A DNA stretch of 64,000 nucleotides, from NCBI GenBank assembly GCA_900088475.1, contig FLMG01003436.1, forward strand, positions 84,539 to 148,538, given 5' to 3'. Under the pieces are notes generated by a model. It was not told the origin of the DNA and ran no database searches. It saw only the letters and a program-made list of their open reading frames with translations. Numbering within the stretch: position 1 is the stretch's first letter; every line of letters starts with the position of its first letter. The DNA is from Hyphochytrium catenoides. Taxonomy: Eukaryota; Protista; Hyphochytriomycota. Position numbers and translations under genes: made by a program. This document shows positions 13,856 to 28,330 of this stretch, in pieces.

Positions 13856-15413
13856 CTGCTCCTTCCTATTCTCTCTCCCTTCTCTGTCTCTTGATCCACC
13901 GCTCTGTCTCTCGTGTCTCATTACGATCACGGTCTACACAATAGTCACTCTTTTATCTCTCTTCTACTCTGTCTCACTACCTCTTCTGTCTCTTTATTCG
14001 TTCTGAAGCTTTCCACTTGTAGTTGGTGTCCCTATTATTCTCCTTGCTCTACTTAAGCACCATAATCAAGGTATAAGCCCATTCTCCTCGCAGTAGTAAT
14101 GTTTCGCCTTGGTCTAAATGTTCAAACTAGAAGGCCGTTAGCCGCTCTCATAAGTGGAGGCCTTCCATTCTTCCATTGCTGAGAACTTCTGCTTGCTGTT
14201 ACAAGCACAATATTTTGGATAGAGTCTTTCAGTATCGATCATACGCAGCTCTTCCCTTCTTTCATTCCTGATACGGGCCCGCCAACAGTAGTGTGTACAC
14301 CCTAGATAAAAAGCTCTAGTGATCACCGCCGCCTAACAATGTGAATGAGAGGGTTTGTGAAGCTTCCGCAGACAGCCTGTCAAGGGAGCTGTCAAGCAGC
14401 TGCCGGTCTCGGCCCGGGAAGCATTGATAGAACTAGCGATCGCTGAGGAAAATCTGGTCGCGTCGCTGTCGGACTCTTCAGACTAGGAGGACTTCACTCA
14501 GTGTCATCAGCAGACTCTTTAGGACTAGCACTACGACTAGGAGGACGTACACAATTGTGTCACCAGGGCAAGCTAAACTAAGGTTGAGCAGGAGTAGCAG
14601 GAGCACTTCAACCAAGTGTCATTAGGTGTCTGAGCTAGCATGGGTAGAGGTTTCCGCTGTCTGAGCTATCGTGACGTTGTCACTCAGAACCCAGGTCGGC
14701 AGTTAGACAATCAGCTGAGCCAACAGCACGTAGAAGGAAGTCACAGAAGGTGTCAACGTCGCAACGCCATTTGCTTGGAACTTCTTGAGCCTGCGGTAGA
14801 AATGGCTTTAAATGTGAGTTTAGGCAAGATGCTATTATTCTTTGGTCACAGTGCGGATACATCTCACATTCAGCTTTCAAATGCTGTTTCATAGGACTTG
14901 AGGCAAGAACAAGCGGCCATTATAGAACTGTCAGAGCGAGTCGCAAGGGAATCGCAGACGAATGAAGAGTGCAGGGACAGCGATAATGACAACTCGTCTT
15001 CGAGCATTCCTCCTTAAAGACGAGAAGATTATTTGCCAACTCTCATCGACCCATTAATCCTGCCATTGTAATCTTGACTCCAAAGGAGCTCTCCAACAGC
15101 ACAGGCAACAAAATATTAAGACAGAGGATGGAAGATCTCATCGGATGTTTCTCCAACGGAGCGGCAAGAATCTTTTAAGTTATTTCCGATAAGTAGGGAA
15201 GTCAGAAGACTTCACTGCGCTAGAGGACCTCCCCGACTAACTACGAGCTCTAACCTCTTAGGAAGAAGTGGAGCAATAAATACGTTCAATGTTACAAGAT
15301 GGTCGCTGGCTCAACGAACCAACGAGCCTTAAATACTTGTGTGAGGTGTAGGAGTGTGGACAGCTGAAGGCTGATCTGAGATTCGTAAGCTCAGCCTCTG
15401 GCCAGGCATTAGG

Positions 15414-16636
15414 CTAGTTGCCCAGAAGGTCATAGTCATCCAGCTTATCGTTGTACTTCATAATAGTGCGCTTGATCTTGGAGCCATCAACCCAGGTCAA
15501 AAAGTCTTCCATCGACCGCGTTACCAGCATCGCTGGATCTGTAACATGATTTGGACCAATCTGTGTATTGTGGTGAATAAGCGTCAGCATTTGGCTGATT
15601 GTAGAGTCCAGCCAGTGAACATAGAGAGAGAGGGAGTGCGAACTATTGATATAAAAGGACATGCCGGTGCGAATACAAGTGGAATTGGTTCAGGACGGAG
15701 CAAGTTGCGAGCACGAAGTCGGTTTACGTACAGGGCAAGTCAAGGTATGTGAGAGTAATAGTGATGGACTAAAAGGTTGACGACACGAGCAAAAGGAAGG
15801 AAGAGAAGTCAAATCTGAGGTAAGAGCACGGGTACAGCAGAATCTGGCAATCAAGTACTGAAGTCAGCAGTGGAGAACATTACCCGAACATGTCCCTGCT
15901 CCACAAGAGTCACCGCCTCCTTCAAAGTCTCTGCCATCTTGAGTCGTACCATCACTACCGGCAACCGCCGCCGGCAAAAGGAAGAAACGTTCAGCGTCTC
16001 CGCCTTCTGTAACTTCTTAGTGGTGATGAGGCCCATATCGTAGAGCTTGTCCAATAGCTGGTCCGTTAGCTTTATCCGGAACTGGTCATCAGACTTCATT
16101 TTTCGTAAGCGAGCCACCAGCTTATGTATGTGTCCTACCAGCTTGTTATACCTAAAGACATACAATGATGAGTCATGCGAGGATAAGTCGCTTTGTGATG
16201 CAAAACGGATAAAGGAATACGAAATAGAGGGTGGACAAGGGAGGAACTGTGCCAGGCGACAGGTCAACAATGACATAGGGGGTCATGGTTGGTTGTTATC
16301 CTGACTTGATGATAGACACCATTATCGCGGTACCGTGACACCAGCTTACAATCAATCTGTCGCCCACTTTGGAGCTTCAAATGTAACCTAGTAACGCCTA
16401 TAGTGCCGCAAAGCAAAAACCCAGCATTGACGAAGGGCAAGAATAAAAGCCATGACTCAGAAAGAGTGAAGAGGATGAAACTAAATCCCTTGCACTCACT
16501 TGTGATAGTCATCTCGATCCTGAAGGTGATAACGCCGGATGACGGCAATCTCCCTAAGGTTCTGATCAGATTTCCAGTCAAGGAAATCGACCTTCCTAAG
16601 CAACTTCTGCTCATGGTACTTGAGCTTCCTAACCAT
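15414..16636 (-). CDS. IMP3: U3 snoRNP protein IMP3 (S4-domain), 3 exons
   Basis: [22 protein letters not shown]...DDYHK|YNKLVG...[34 protein letters not shown]|[48 protein letters not shown]. Confidence 0.97.
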
Positions 16637-16990
16637 GATTTGCGATGACTTGAATCTATCTTTGAGCCTTACGCTTCCACGAAGGAACGCCCGCTTCCTC
16701 CAGAGCCGCACGGGACAGCGGAGCTTCAAAAGTGAAGGGCTCCATTCTTGCTGCAGTGCGACAGCAAAGATTTGACTGGAGCGGTGCAGCCAACAATAAC
16801 TGGCGCTAAGGAGAGTTCTTATATGTAATAAGCCTTATTCAGTCTGAGTCTTTGAAGTAATATAACTGCATTTATGCGGAATATGGAGCTAGTGACGGAA
16901 GCTGCAAACGGCCAGCAGCCATCAGAAACCTCTCGGTTCTGATCTGGCCATTTCTGCAGCTTCCCAAACTTCATCTCTCGACGGAAGGCA

Positions 16991-19542
16991 ATGACATGGA
17001 TCAATGGCGATGGCATGCCAGCGAAGCGGCTCAAACGCATTGACAGAGCGATTGCACTTGAACTAAGTTCTCTCCGGAAAGCATCATTGGTCTGTTCTTC
17101 GCGGGAGAGCTAGCAGATCACCGGAACGCTTTGTTGAGGGGCTGTGAATCCTGAAGCTTACAGGCACCCATGCTGAGGTCTCTGAGAACCACCTAATCTA
17201 CTATCGCCATGTGTTAGTTTAACTCCTCGCGCCAGCCTGAACGATCTAACTTCTGTGCTGCTCTGCTGCTCGTCCGCTCTTCGCCACAGTAATCAAGAGT
17301 ATGATCAGCGTTGTGCTGATGCCCTGGCTAAGTCAGAGGAGCGGCTGATAAAGTACGCGGTAGGTCTAATGTCGTCGCAGGGCAGTGTACCGACCTTACG
17401 CTGTCCTTACTTTTCCATTTATGTTCGGGCTTCTCCGACGCGATTATTGGGGCTCTCGAGATAGAAACTTGTGGGAGGAGACCTAAAGCAGCCCGATATT
17501 CAATGCTTTAACTGCAATAGTACAAGCAGCCTTCAGGTAATCGCAGCTAAATATATCTCACTAGAAGCATCACTATAGCTACTTCACTGTGCACCACTAC
17601 CGTCTCGTGCTCCTTGTATTGTATGGTCTTCCAAGGCAGCCTCTTGGGTTACACTCGCTCTCCGTAAAGCTTTCCTCTTCCCTCTACTTGGCTGCTGCAA
17701 AACCTATATTGCTCAATTTTCCTATAACGTCTACTATTGTCCCTGCAAGCTTATCTTCTCTTGGGGCTTTTGTAACGTTTGGTTAGCTTTGCTCCCGATG
17801 TAGGACAGTCAAATTTTGTTCCAGGCCGTGTCAGTTGGGGGCTTGGCCGACCCATAAGCAGCATTGCTCCAGCATAGCAGCAGTTCTAGCGGGCTTTAAA
17901 AGGAGGGAAGCGCTGGCTAATGCAGCGAGAGATGAAAAAGAGAGGTAGATTGTGCTCGTCGTCCTGCAATTTGCTTTAACCTTAAACTCTCTTTCTCTTG
18001 GCGACTTCACAATGGATTGCCATCTGCTGCGTTTCCCATCCGTCCTTTCCCACTACGCCGTCAGCCTGCTTGTCTCCTCTTACACTGGTTCATAGGGTAC
18101 TGCGACTTACGCCATAGGACATTTCAATCGTACTCTCTCACCTATATCCTTCCGTTCTCCGTCCTCCATTATAATGACTCTTTCACGAAACAGATGCCTC
18201 AAAGAGTACCTCATAGCCCTGGGCCAACCCGCTGGGCCTACCGCTGTCGAGGCTGGTATGTTCGGTTGCATTATCTCTCGGCTTTGCGTGTACACTTACG
18301 GTCTGAATCCGCCAGGACCATCCCACTCGTTTGCCTTTAAAGTTTACTCAGCTCCCTCCTCTCGAATCCGTGGGAGCTAGATAATGGCGTACTAGTAGTT
18401 GCTCTAACTTTCACTTTGTTGTGGCTGTCTTGTTTTGGCCTCATGTATCCCTCAATCTCTATACCCAGGCCAACTACCAAGGGAGGCGTTGGCTATCCGA
18501 GTCCAGAGTGACGCTAAGGAGCTTCCATTTTGGTTTGTGCGGGAAAGAAAGACGGAGGTAAACATTTAACAAGGGCCACAGGCTTGAGATATCTTATGTC
18601 TCAGTGTGTGGCTAACTGCTTAGCAAGCTTGAGGCGCTCTCTAGGTTTTTTGTCTCTTACTCTTCTTGTACTTGATGCTCAGCTCGTAAAGAAGGAGGCA
18701 CAGAGCCAGAGACTAAAAGCACTGGAGCTTTATGGCCTTCTGTTGGATGAGACTGCCTGGTAAGCCAGATATTGGCTTGAGATCCCTCTAGCTTGCTCAA
18801 ATCAATGTAGACGATAGCAATCTTGGCTGCACTGGTTTCCTTTTTTTTTGTCCGCTCATCCAATGCATTGTAGACAAGCTAATGTCCTCTCTCCGGCTAG
18901 GGAGCATGACAGCCAAAGTTTTCCGAAGTCATATTACACCTTTGCGGCGGTAATTAACGCAATCCCGCCGTTGGCTCTATCTCTCTTAAGGCTAACCTAA
19001 GTCTGCTGCTTTCTCTGGGTATCGAAAGGTCCTTCGACAGGCCCCTCTAGAGGGGAAAGATCTGGTAGAGACCTTCCTCTCTATGCAAGGACATAAGACT
19101 CTTCTTTCCATTTGGCTTCAGGATCCACAGCCTGCCAGTAAGTGAGCAACATTGGAGTTTCTGTGATCTGACCCTCAACAAAGAGTGCTCGAGGCCACCC
19201 CATTGCGCTGGGTAGCCGTTTGTTAACTCTCCGCTGGCCTTTTATGAGCTCTCCCCTTCTGACAGACTACGATACTTCCCTCAATCTAGACCCGTCAGCG
19301 CATGACTAACTCTATCATCAGGTGTCCAAACTCTTCCTTTGGAGGAAAGGGACCTCTTGGCTATCATAGACTCGCTCCTCCAGATCAGGTTCAAAGCCTA
19401 TCTCTAAAGTGGACCCAATAGGCGGTGGAAATCGCTAACGTCAATCCTCCTGCTGTCTAGGCACGTTCGCTACGCTATCGATGCCTTCATGGATCAGTTG
19501 CACAGTGAAGATTATAGCGCAACCCTGACCCAGGAGAGCTAA
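16991..19542 (+). CDS. MYND-type zinc finger protein, multi-exon; start uncertain
   Basis: Exons give IQCFNCNSTSSL... and VKFCSRPCQLGAWPTHKQHC (MYND consensus FCSxxCQxxxWxxHKxxC). The last exon ends MDQLHSEDYSATLTQES* at 19542. Confidence 0.7.
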
Positions 19543-19711
19543 ACATCGGACATTCCACGCAAAGCTCCTATCGTCGAGAGCAGTCTACTAGCTCTTTGCA
19601 TCACGCTCTACCTCTTCTATGGCCGAGAACAAGCTGATGGTTCGGAACATTCCTTTTACCTTCAACGTCCCTCGGGATATTTATTTAGTTGACATGTACT
19701 AAGGCTTGTAC

Positions 19712-22700
19712 CTAGTTGAAGTCAGCCAGTTCAGGGGAAAGAGTAAAGTTTTCTCTCAGATCCTTGGAGAGCGTCTCAGCAAGTCTGGTCCCTTCAACTC
19801 TGAGCTCCTTCTGCAAAGCGGCGATCAGAAGAGCGTAGCTTGCTTGCTTGTTATGGACTAGGGCATCGAAAAGTGGCTGCGTACATGATTGGGGAAGAAC
19901 ACAAGTGAGAAGGTTCCATACTGTCTAGGAACGCTGAGACCCCAACAGCCGCGATACTGACAGCAGAATGCGGTTATACCCAGCAGGCTGAGTGTCCAAG
20001 GTAGGAAATGATAAACCAACAGATAGCAAGAATAGGTGGAAGAAAGATGAAGAGGAATTTTGACCTAGCCATAAACGTGTTACCGAAGAGTATATACTAG
20101 TCCTCTACGTAAACAGCATCTAATAATCACGAGGACCATCACCAATTATAAGCACAGAGTGGACAAGCCAAACTTCAAGATACCTTCTTGTTTTCCATTA
20201 GTCTGCCAATAAACTCTGCATCTCTCCACCTCCCTACCGATGTACATCTCTTGAAGAGAGCGTCAAGGGACTCGGAGAGCCCCTCCACTTGCAGATACAA
20301 AGCGCACCGGGCAGGGAGAGAGATCTATTCGCAGTAGCGTCATGTCAAGGAAATAATGTGCGTAGAGCAGAAGAGTGAATGGCCAAGTGGCAGGTTACGT
20401 AATGTGAAAGTCCGCGCCAAAAGGGAACAATGTCAGCATCCAAAAGCAACTGATGGAGTTGCTCGAGATGGTATTCAGAGGAGAAGGCAGAGCGAAGACT
20501 GTCTTAAGCGCAACGGAGATTCAGACCTGATAGCTCTGCTGTGGTTCCGCTGGGACAAAGATCGCGTCTGACTCGATCAGTTGCAGGACTACGGGTGTTA
20601 GCTTGTGCTAGCCGCAGCAGAATATAAGGTTAGAAAGAGAAAATGGGAAGATGAAGGCTCCTGCAATTGTTTCGGTCTTATATGTGCAATCTTGGATAGA
20701 GAATAGAAGCGAGAGTCAGAGACCGAGACGCTACCGACCTCCTAGAAAGAAAGTGAAATCGCAGGGTTGACAAACGAGCACGGAGAAGTAAAAGGTGCAC
20801 TAACTCTCTCTTATATTCTCCCTTACTGGCCTACCTTGATAGCGATATCAAGCTTGAGTTCAGCAGAGAGGCCCACAAGTGCCAATGCTTCCGACACGTG
20901 GCCCTCACTCTGCAGTCATGTAGGAGATGGGTAACGAAAAAATTGAGTCAGTTCCAATAAAGAAATAGAGAGTAAGTGAAGTTAGTGTTGAGGGTATCGT
21001 ATCCCTTTTCTGTCAACTTCACGCCGCAGAAGGAGAGGCGACGCGCAAGGGAAAGTAGATAAGAGTTTGGAAGGCATGTGACCTTACCACCAGGAAGTGA
21101 GCAAGAGCGTCGTGTTGAGGGGGTTCAATGGCTGGAATAAACGTAAGAGCCTTTGAGATTTGCCCACCATGAGTTAGGAGGTAGAACCGCAGGAGAGAGG
21201 ACTCGATACGGATAGCATGCAATCTGTCCGTAAGGGAGAAAAGAGGTACCGAGCCTTGCATTAGCCGTGTGTAAGGTCATAGAGGCAGAAATAGAGAAAG
21301 AAGTAAGCAAACGGCCTGAATAGCACGAACTACTTCGAGAGCCCCTTGTATTGCTAGACCGAGACACAATGTCAGGAGCAAGACAACCACCACTTGGCGT
21401 GACCCATCGGATCTCGTAGATAGCCATAAGTCAGAAAGTTAACGGGAGCGAGGAAAGTGATTTATATGGAAGGCAGGTGCTCACTTCTGCGCAGCGTCGA
21501 GCATAACCAGGGCACCTTCCATGACACCAAGAAGGGTAACCTTCCCGAGCGGCTTTTTCTGTTCTCAGATGGGGAACGCGGAGAGAGATAACAGGGAAAG
21601 GCAGTGTCAGAACACAAAGGTCAGGGCGAGAGGGATATTAACATAACCGCCATATAGCCGAGGCAAGATTTACCTGTATGTTAATCGCGCTAGATCGTCT
21701 CCCTTTCTGTACATTATCTTTATTCTCCTCTGCATCGTGATAGACCGACGCCAGGAGAAGACTCTTGTGGGTGTCGGAGCTCACCATTGAGACCCAGATC
21801 TGCAAGGTGAAAGTGAAGCCTAAGAACAATGGTCCGTCTAGGGTACAATCTCCTTTCACGTGATTTGCCGTACCTCGCTCTCCGTAGCGTAGAATAGGGA
21901 TTTATTGGCCCATGTGCTGGAAATGACAGGACTTGAAGCGGTGAGATGTGCGTTCAGTCGCATTCTTCTGCAGTGGCTCTTGTCTCTTGCACTCTCTTTT
22001 TGCTCATCACCGTCAGGTCTAGCCACCCTCCCTCCTCCGTCTGCATCCTTTCTTTCGTCAGATGACAGAATGAAAATTGACTTTCCTCGGACTAAGGACA
22101 CGACAAAGGCGCTAGGATCCCAGCTGAGAAAATCGCACGCTGGCAGAGAAGTTCCGGCCTTAATCAGAAAGAGGGACAGAAAAGTAAGAAATGAGCCTGA
22201 GGACACTTAAAATGGCTCGGCGGGGTATCATGACTTAGAAGGTAGCGTAATGTGGGACTGAGAAATAGGGAGGTGCGTTGGACTAGATGACTGGGACATC
22301 GAAAGTCAGTGTTCAAAGAGTTTAAGCAGCGTAACTTCAACACTGAAGGGGAACTAAATACGGAAGGTAGTGCCTGCATGAGGGCACTGCAAACGTAAAG
22401 GCGAAATGAAGAGGTAATAGTTGAAGGCAGAAGCTACCTCGGAATGAACTGTTCCTTTCCCCCCCTCATCCCAGCGATAGAATTGGAGGAAACTGCCTGG
22501 GCGCTGTTCCGCCGGAAGGATTGAGGTTCGCGTCAAAAGCGACATATCAACCACTTTGCAGATGGAGCTTGAAGCAGCCGTTGGAGAGAGAGGAGACTGG
22601 GTGGTCATTCCACCTCCTCCTCCAGTGACGGTAGGTATTATCTTCGCCTCTCCTCCTAATTTGCCCTCCAGGCAAAAGGAGCACGCCAGCAGATGGCCCC

Positions 22701-25700
22701 CATATAGCCGGAGAGGGAAAGTTCCAGGAGGTATAGAACAATTTGAGACCTATCGGAGAAGAGAAGAGCATGAGAGAGAGAGATTGCCGTCTAAGAAGAC
22801 TGCCACAGAGTCCATCTGAAGCAAGGAGCTGATAGAAATCAGGAGCGGTTACAGTGGAGTGAAGTTCCTCACCGCTGGTGCCACTCCTTCAGCCTGCAAG
22901 GTGTGAACCGAGAGAGAAAGGCTCACATCGGAGGCTATCGCCTCGACCTCCTTCTTGGACTTTCCTTTCTTAAGAGGCTTTCCCTCTTCTTTTACGGTGG
23001 GTTTAACCTAAAGGAAGGAGCAAATATGGGGACCCACCAAGAGGCATCTTGGTAAGGAGTAGGTTTTATATACATAGACTGCAAAAAGCTGGTGATGACT
23101 GTTGGGAAGAGGCTGCGCTTTCACTGAATCATTAACTGGAACCAGTACTTTGTTAAGACTAAGATTAAGAAGCTTCTGCGGGAACCACAAGCAAAAAGCT
23201 TGTAGGATCGGAGCGCTTATTTTCACGAGAAGGGGAGTCACTCAGCCCAGCAAAGGAGAGGTAGTAGAGATGAGATGCAGGAAGATAAATACCTCTATGA
23301 CTGCGTAAGCGTGGCCAGATGGAGACCATGCAAAGGAAGTTGCGTGGCCGGACGTCACCTGACCTCGACACGACAGAGAGTGTAAACGAACCACCCCAGG
23401 AAGCGTAGAAGGGATAAGTGGCGAATGAGAAAACCCTTGACCACCAAGGTCAGCAGAGGCTGTTAGAACTAAGCTGTAGTCCTACCACGGATGTATGATT
23501 TGACTTCTCCAGAAGGCTAAGAACCTATGGGGACGTCCCGTTACAATGGTTGCCAGAAAGATAACACACCAAGGCATAGTTCCCGACAAAGATGTGCCGA
23601 TCACTGAACCGAATATGAGTTGTGATGGGAACAGACGAAGATGGGTGGCTCTAATACTGAAAATAGGCGAACTGGAACGTGAATTGAAGCAAGGGAAGAG
23701 TGAGACCACAGAGAGCGAAACGGAGGAGGCTTACAGACCTCGTATCTATGGGCTTCGGGATAAAATATGGCGATATGCTTGCCAGATGGACTGATCAGGA
23801 GCTCTGACGTACCCTCGGAAGGGGGTGCCCAAGTCTCTTCTGCCTTCTTGCCTTTTCCTAACCCCTCAAACCCGCTGCTGAAAACCGGTCAAAGGTAGCA
23901 AGGCGAGTGAGGGCCGTGTGTCACATGTAGGAGATACCTCCTTTTCTTAGGCCAAAAAAGCATTCTTTCCACCTGGGGCCGCTCCTCAAAGACTCTTGGC
24001 TATTCCCCTCTAGGAGGACGTCACCGTAGTACCAAGCACCTCTTCCCTATTGACCCACCTCCAGTATTCCTCTCTCTCTATTTTGTGGTACTCTCTTGGC
24101 TCTCGCCTTGATATTTGCTCCATACATGTACTTACCTGCTCACGGCGGAGTCTGAAAGGGTAATAGCTTGGGGTTTAGAGAGTTGTAGAGAGGCTCCAGA
24201 TCGGTGGATAGCGGAGGACACTCGACGACGGATAAGAGAACCGCCTTCCAGGGAGTAGATGGACAAAGGATCCACTCTGTTCAACAGGGTGTGGGTGTGA
24301 AGCAGTGGAAGGATTCAACAATACTATCAAAGTGAGGTAAAGGTTTGCAGAGTGCATATGAGAGACGGAACCCGCGGTGAGCTAAGAATCCGTAGACGAC
24401 GCCGGAGTTCGAGAGACAAGGCGAAAGACAACAAGAAAGTCTATTTGCAATAGCCAAGGATAGTCCTCATACTTCTGATTAACAGCCACGCTTGAAGCTT
24501 GCCCTAATGGGTCGAACCTGACAACGAATAACCCTAAAGGGTACGTGAGTGGATCGACCGGGAAAGAGAGAGGAGAACAGACGCTAAAGATCAAAGTGTT
24601 CGTGGAAAAGTGAGGAAGCCCCAGGACCATCGGAAGTAAAAGACGCCACGACAAAGGGGCTCAGTTATTTGAAAGAACGACAACAGCACAGTCTGAACGA
24701 AGCCATAGTTCCAGCGCATGAAGATGCCCTGCCTGAATTAGTTCCGAGAACCACGAGCCGCCTAGAAAACACTTGTGCCACGGAATAGATCTTCAGCTTC
24801 TTCCCCAGAGACTATCCAAGTAGCTAGCTTAGTACTAGCTTGGTCCTATTTTTGCTCTGGTTCAAGTGTATCCATGCTCTCGCCACCCTGACCAATTTCT
24901 ACTGAGATTTCGCTTTCTTCCGCTGACGCTACTTTCCTTCCTCTTCTCAGGCGTTTCCCCTCCGAGAAGCATATGAAGTAGGTTATCTTACCGGTCGAAA
25001 ATCCTTCAGATCCAGCAATGTCACGTTGTACGCTTGCTCCGAAGGGGTTGATCCCTTCGCCTGTGTTTTGCCAAAAGAACATGTTAGAGGTATCGTCTAC
25101 CTTCTTGGTCAATCTCTCTCGCTCCCTGTAAGGGCTGAAAGATGGTCTCTTTCTCTTTTTCTCTACACTATCGTCATCATAGTGAATGTATCATATGTCA
25201 CATGTCCTTTCTCATTCTTACTATCTCACTCACCTTTGGTCCTCCTTGGCGTCCTGAGGTCGTGATCTCTTCGGAGTCTGAAACTCAACGACATGTAAGG
25301 ACAAATGCAGAGAACAAGAAGCATAGAGCTTCCATGGCATCACTTTGATGGGATCAGATGATGGACAAAAGGTAAACCTGATAGGAGGGCAGCATCTACA
25401 AGATCTACCTCCTGCCCAACATGGCAACATCATTTCTATTGTGGTGCCCTTGGTAACTCCAAGGAGGAGCGGAAGAGATGGAGATCGCCGGGTCAACAGT
25501 CCAAGCCAGAAGAACTTTGGACCGACACGGAGCCGGCAAGATTCGGAGACACTGGATCACAATTCTCATGGTCAGAACCTGGATAAAGCCCTTCTGGCGC
25601 CGCTTACCATAAAAAAAGTACCGGGAAAGTAAAATGGGTAGGCTTCTGCCCAACTGGACAGCACCAAGGGAACAAAGACTTTTCTAAGAAGCTAAAGGAA

Positions 25701-28330
25701 GTTCCTCATAAAGCATCATTCAAGAAGTCTCAGTCTCACCTTTCTGCAGTCGACGAGGGAGAGGATGAGATTTGTATCGCTGAAGGCTTGATTTTAAACC
25801 TCGTAAGGGCTTGGGTCTTTTCACTGAAGCTATAAAGCCACTCACGACTTCCATCCAAGCACCAGGGGCCCTAGCCAAAAGGGGTGGTATGAGGCACAAT
25901 CAGAAATAGAAAAAGCTAATCAAAGGGTTACGGGTGGTACACAGCAGCAACCAGTGAAGAGATACTGAGATCACTTGTGAGGCTAGACAAAGCCAACAAA
26001 TTAAGCAAACGGCTCAAAACAACGGATGAGGGTCGAGAAGGTCAGGAGCGAATGACTCCAATCAGAATAGGGAGTTACGTAAACCTTAAGTAGACTGACA
26101 AGACACGTACCGTCACGGTCAGACGAGAGAACGGTGGGTCACAGTGGATGACGCTTGGCAGGATAAGCATGTCCCAAAGCTGACAGGAAAGCGAAAAGTG
26201 GATTTAGAGGTTCCAATGGAGTCAGAAGGGCAAAACTGCCACCGCAAGAACTGGGACATGAGTCCAATAATGGAAGGAAATGGTCTAGACAATGCTTAGT
26301 CGCAGACAGTGCTCCTGTGCTATGTCTTTCGTCCTGCTTCACTTTCTTCCACAATTCAATGTGATCTCTATATCTTAAGTTCCTTTCCTACCGTAAGCAC
26401 CCCATCGCTCCCCTCAGCGATGAGTCGAAGCCTTGGAGGTTCTGAGCCGTTTAGCGAACTCTTTGGGGGACTACCAGGTGTCGTGGTCTCCTCTCCCTTT
26501 GCAGAGAGTCTCAGAGCAACTAACTTTACTACTTCTCCTAACATGACCATACGTGAGTGGCAGCTTAGGAGGGATCATTACGAAATAAAGCTCTTCCCAG
26601 CCAGGGGTAGGTCAGGGTAGGAGAGCTAAGGCAGCTATGCAGTCTTACCTTTGGAGTTTGTGATCTGGATACTCTTGACAACTTGGCGCTTCAAGCAATC
26701 CCACACCAGAACACGTCCGTCACTGGTACCTAGATAACGGAGTACCAGTTTATCAATGAAGTAAAGCACGGATTGTTCGAGACGCCGCGGGTGATTGGAA
26801 AGACCGTAGTAGAAGAAAGGGAAGTAAAGGACGTTCATTGCTCTGAGAGAACTAAGCTACTCTTCTTCATCTAACCTATGCCTAAGAGATGTCCTGTAAG
26901 TGGTTCCGTCACACAGGGTTGTGCTTTCTCCAGCTGCTGGTCACTGGAGATGACTTGGACCTATAGCATTCGGATCAGGTTTGAGAAAAAAACAGAGGAG
27001 CGTGGTCTTTTCAGGTAGGATGGCACGAAGAACCCTTACAATTGTCGATGAATCAAAAAGGCCGAGCAGAATTCGGTTATTAACTAGCTAGGGCAGCTCA
27101 TTGCAAAGAAAGGTGATAGAAGGGCAGAGAGCGGAATCTATCGAGAAACGTACCCCCATGTTGACTCTATCTACTATCATCACAGCGTTGGCGCAAGTTA
27201 TCAGGATGCTCTTTGGTGCCAGCAACGAACTCGGGCCATCCTTATCAGAGGGAAGCGTATTCTAAAAAATTGGCTAACAGTTAGACATATTGCAGGCAAT
27301 TGGAAGAAAGGTCTGAGGTAGGATGCCATAAGCCAAAAGCCAACCGGAGGCGCCTGTGAAGATTATGTTACAAAGGAGCTGTCTAGGTCATCAGAATGCT
27401 TGGCCACCGATAGGCAAGGAGAAAGCATAGCCTACCTCGTCAAAGAAGCTAATGGCTCTAATGTCCCCCAGGCTCACGCTCTTCCGACTTCTCGAAGGAG
27501 AGTCTGAGAACGAAAATGGACCAATGGACTGTCCTCCTCCGGCCCCTCTCATCGATGACTCATCTTCCTGTCTCTTGTCCTCCAACGCCTAGATTAAGGC
27601 ACATACAAAGAGAAAAAGACAGTTAGGGGTTTTTAACTGTATGAGGGTGTGGATTAAGAGGAGAAAGAGCTGCACGAACAGCTCTTGGCTTGTTATGGCC
27701 TCGCCCGTGTGACGCAGAAAAGAGAAAGTGGGGCAGATGGCGCCATCAACCATTGCCCTTGGAGGCCAAGAAGGCTTAACGGAGAGGTAGATTGGCAAGG
27801 CCCCAGGTGAATGAGCTCAAAACCTTCGTAAGCTCCTTCAAAAAGCAGGGCACTAGTGGGTTTAAGTCTAGAGGCAGACACCATAGAAGAAGAAGAGGAG
27901 GGAGCGAGTAAGAGCACCTGTGGACTGAACTCTAGGAGCACTTCCCCGGTGTCATAGTTCCACAGCGTCACCGTTCCTCTCTGTCAGCAATTTGGTGTGG
28001 TTAGTATCACTATCTGGGATCAAAGGGTTCTCTCCTCTCTTCGGACGTGAAGGAAGGAGCAAGACATCAGGGACAGTATGACAGGAATATAGAGAACAGA
28101 AGGACAGTACAAAGGGAGAGAGGCATAAGAAGAGATACTTTCAGAGAGATTGACAGCGCCCGAGAGCAAACACCTCTTACGTCGTCAGCAGATACTATCC
28201 ATGGCATAAATGGATGTACGTCTAAAATGCGAAGCTTGGGTCCATCCTTGACGCCTTTACGTGGAGGGATATGGTTACAGCCCAAGGGGACCACACCCCC
28301 TATAATACTCTTGCCGGGTACAAATTCCAT
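19712..28330 (-). CDS. WD40/alpha-solenoid coat scaffold, TSET/TPLATE-complex TTRAY (TWD40)-like, many exons
   Basis: N-terminus LRILDVHPFMPWIVSADD|RGTVTLWNYDTGEVLLEF and GDIRAISFFDE. Later segment KPLGKVTLLGVMEGALVMLD..LHAIRIESSLLRFYLLTHGGQISKALTFIPAIEPPQHDALAHFL|.SEGHVSEALALVGLSAELKLDIAI. Both resemble, from recall, plant TWD40 (HPTHPWLVTADD; HHDDLAQFM..GYATEALHLPGIS). Stop TAG at 19712. Confidence 0.72.
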
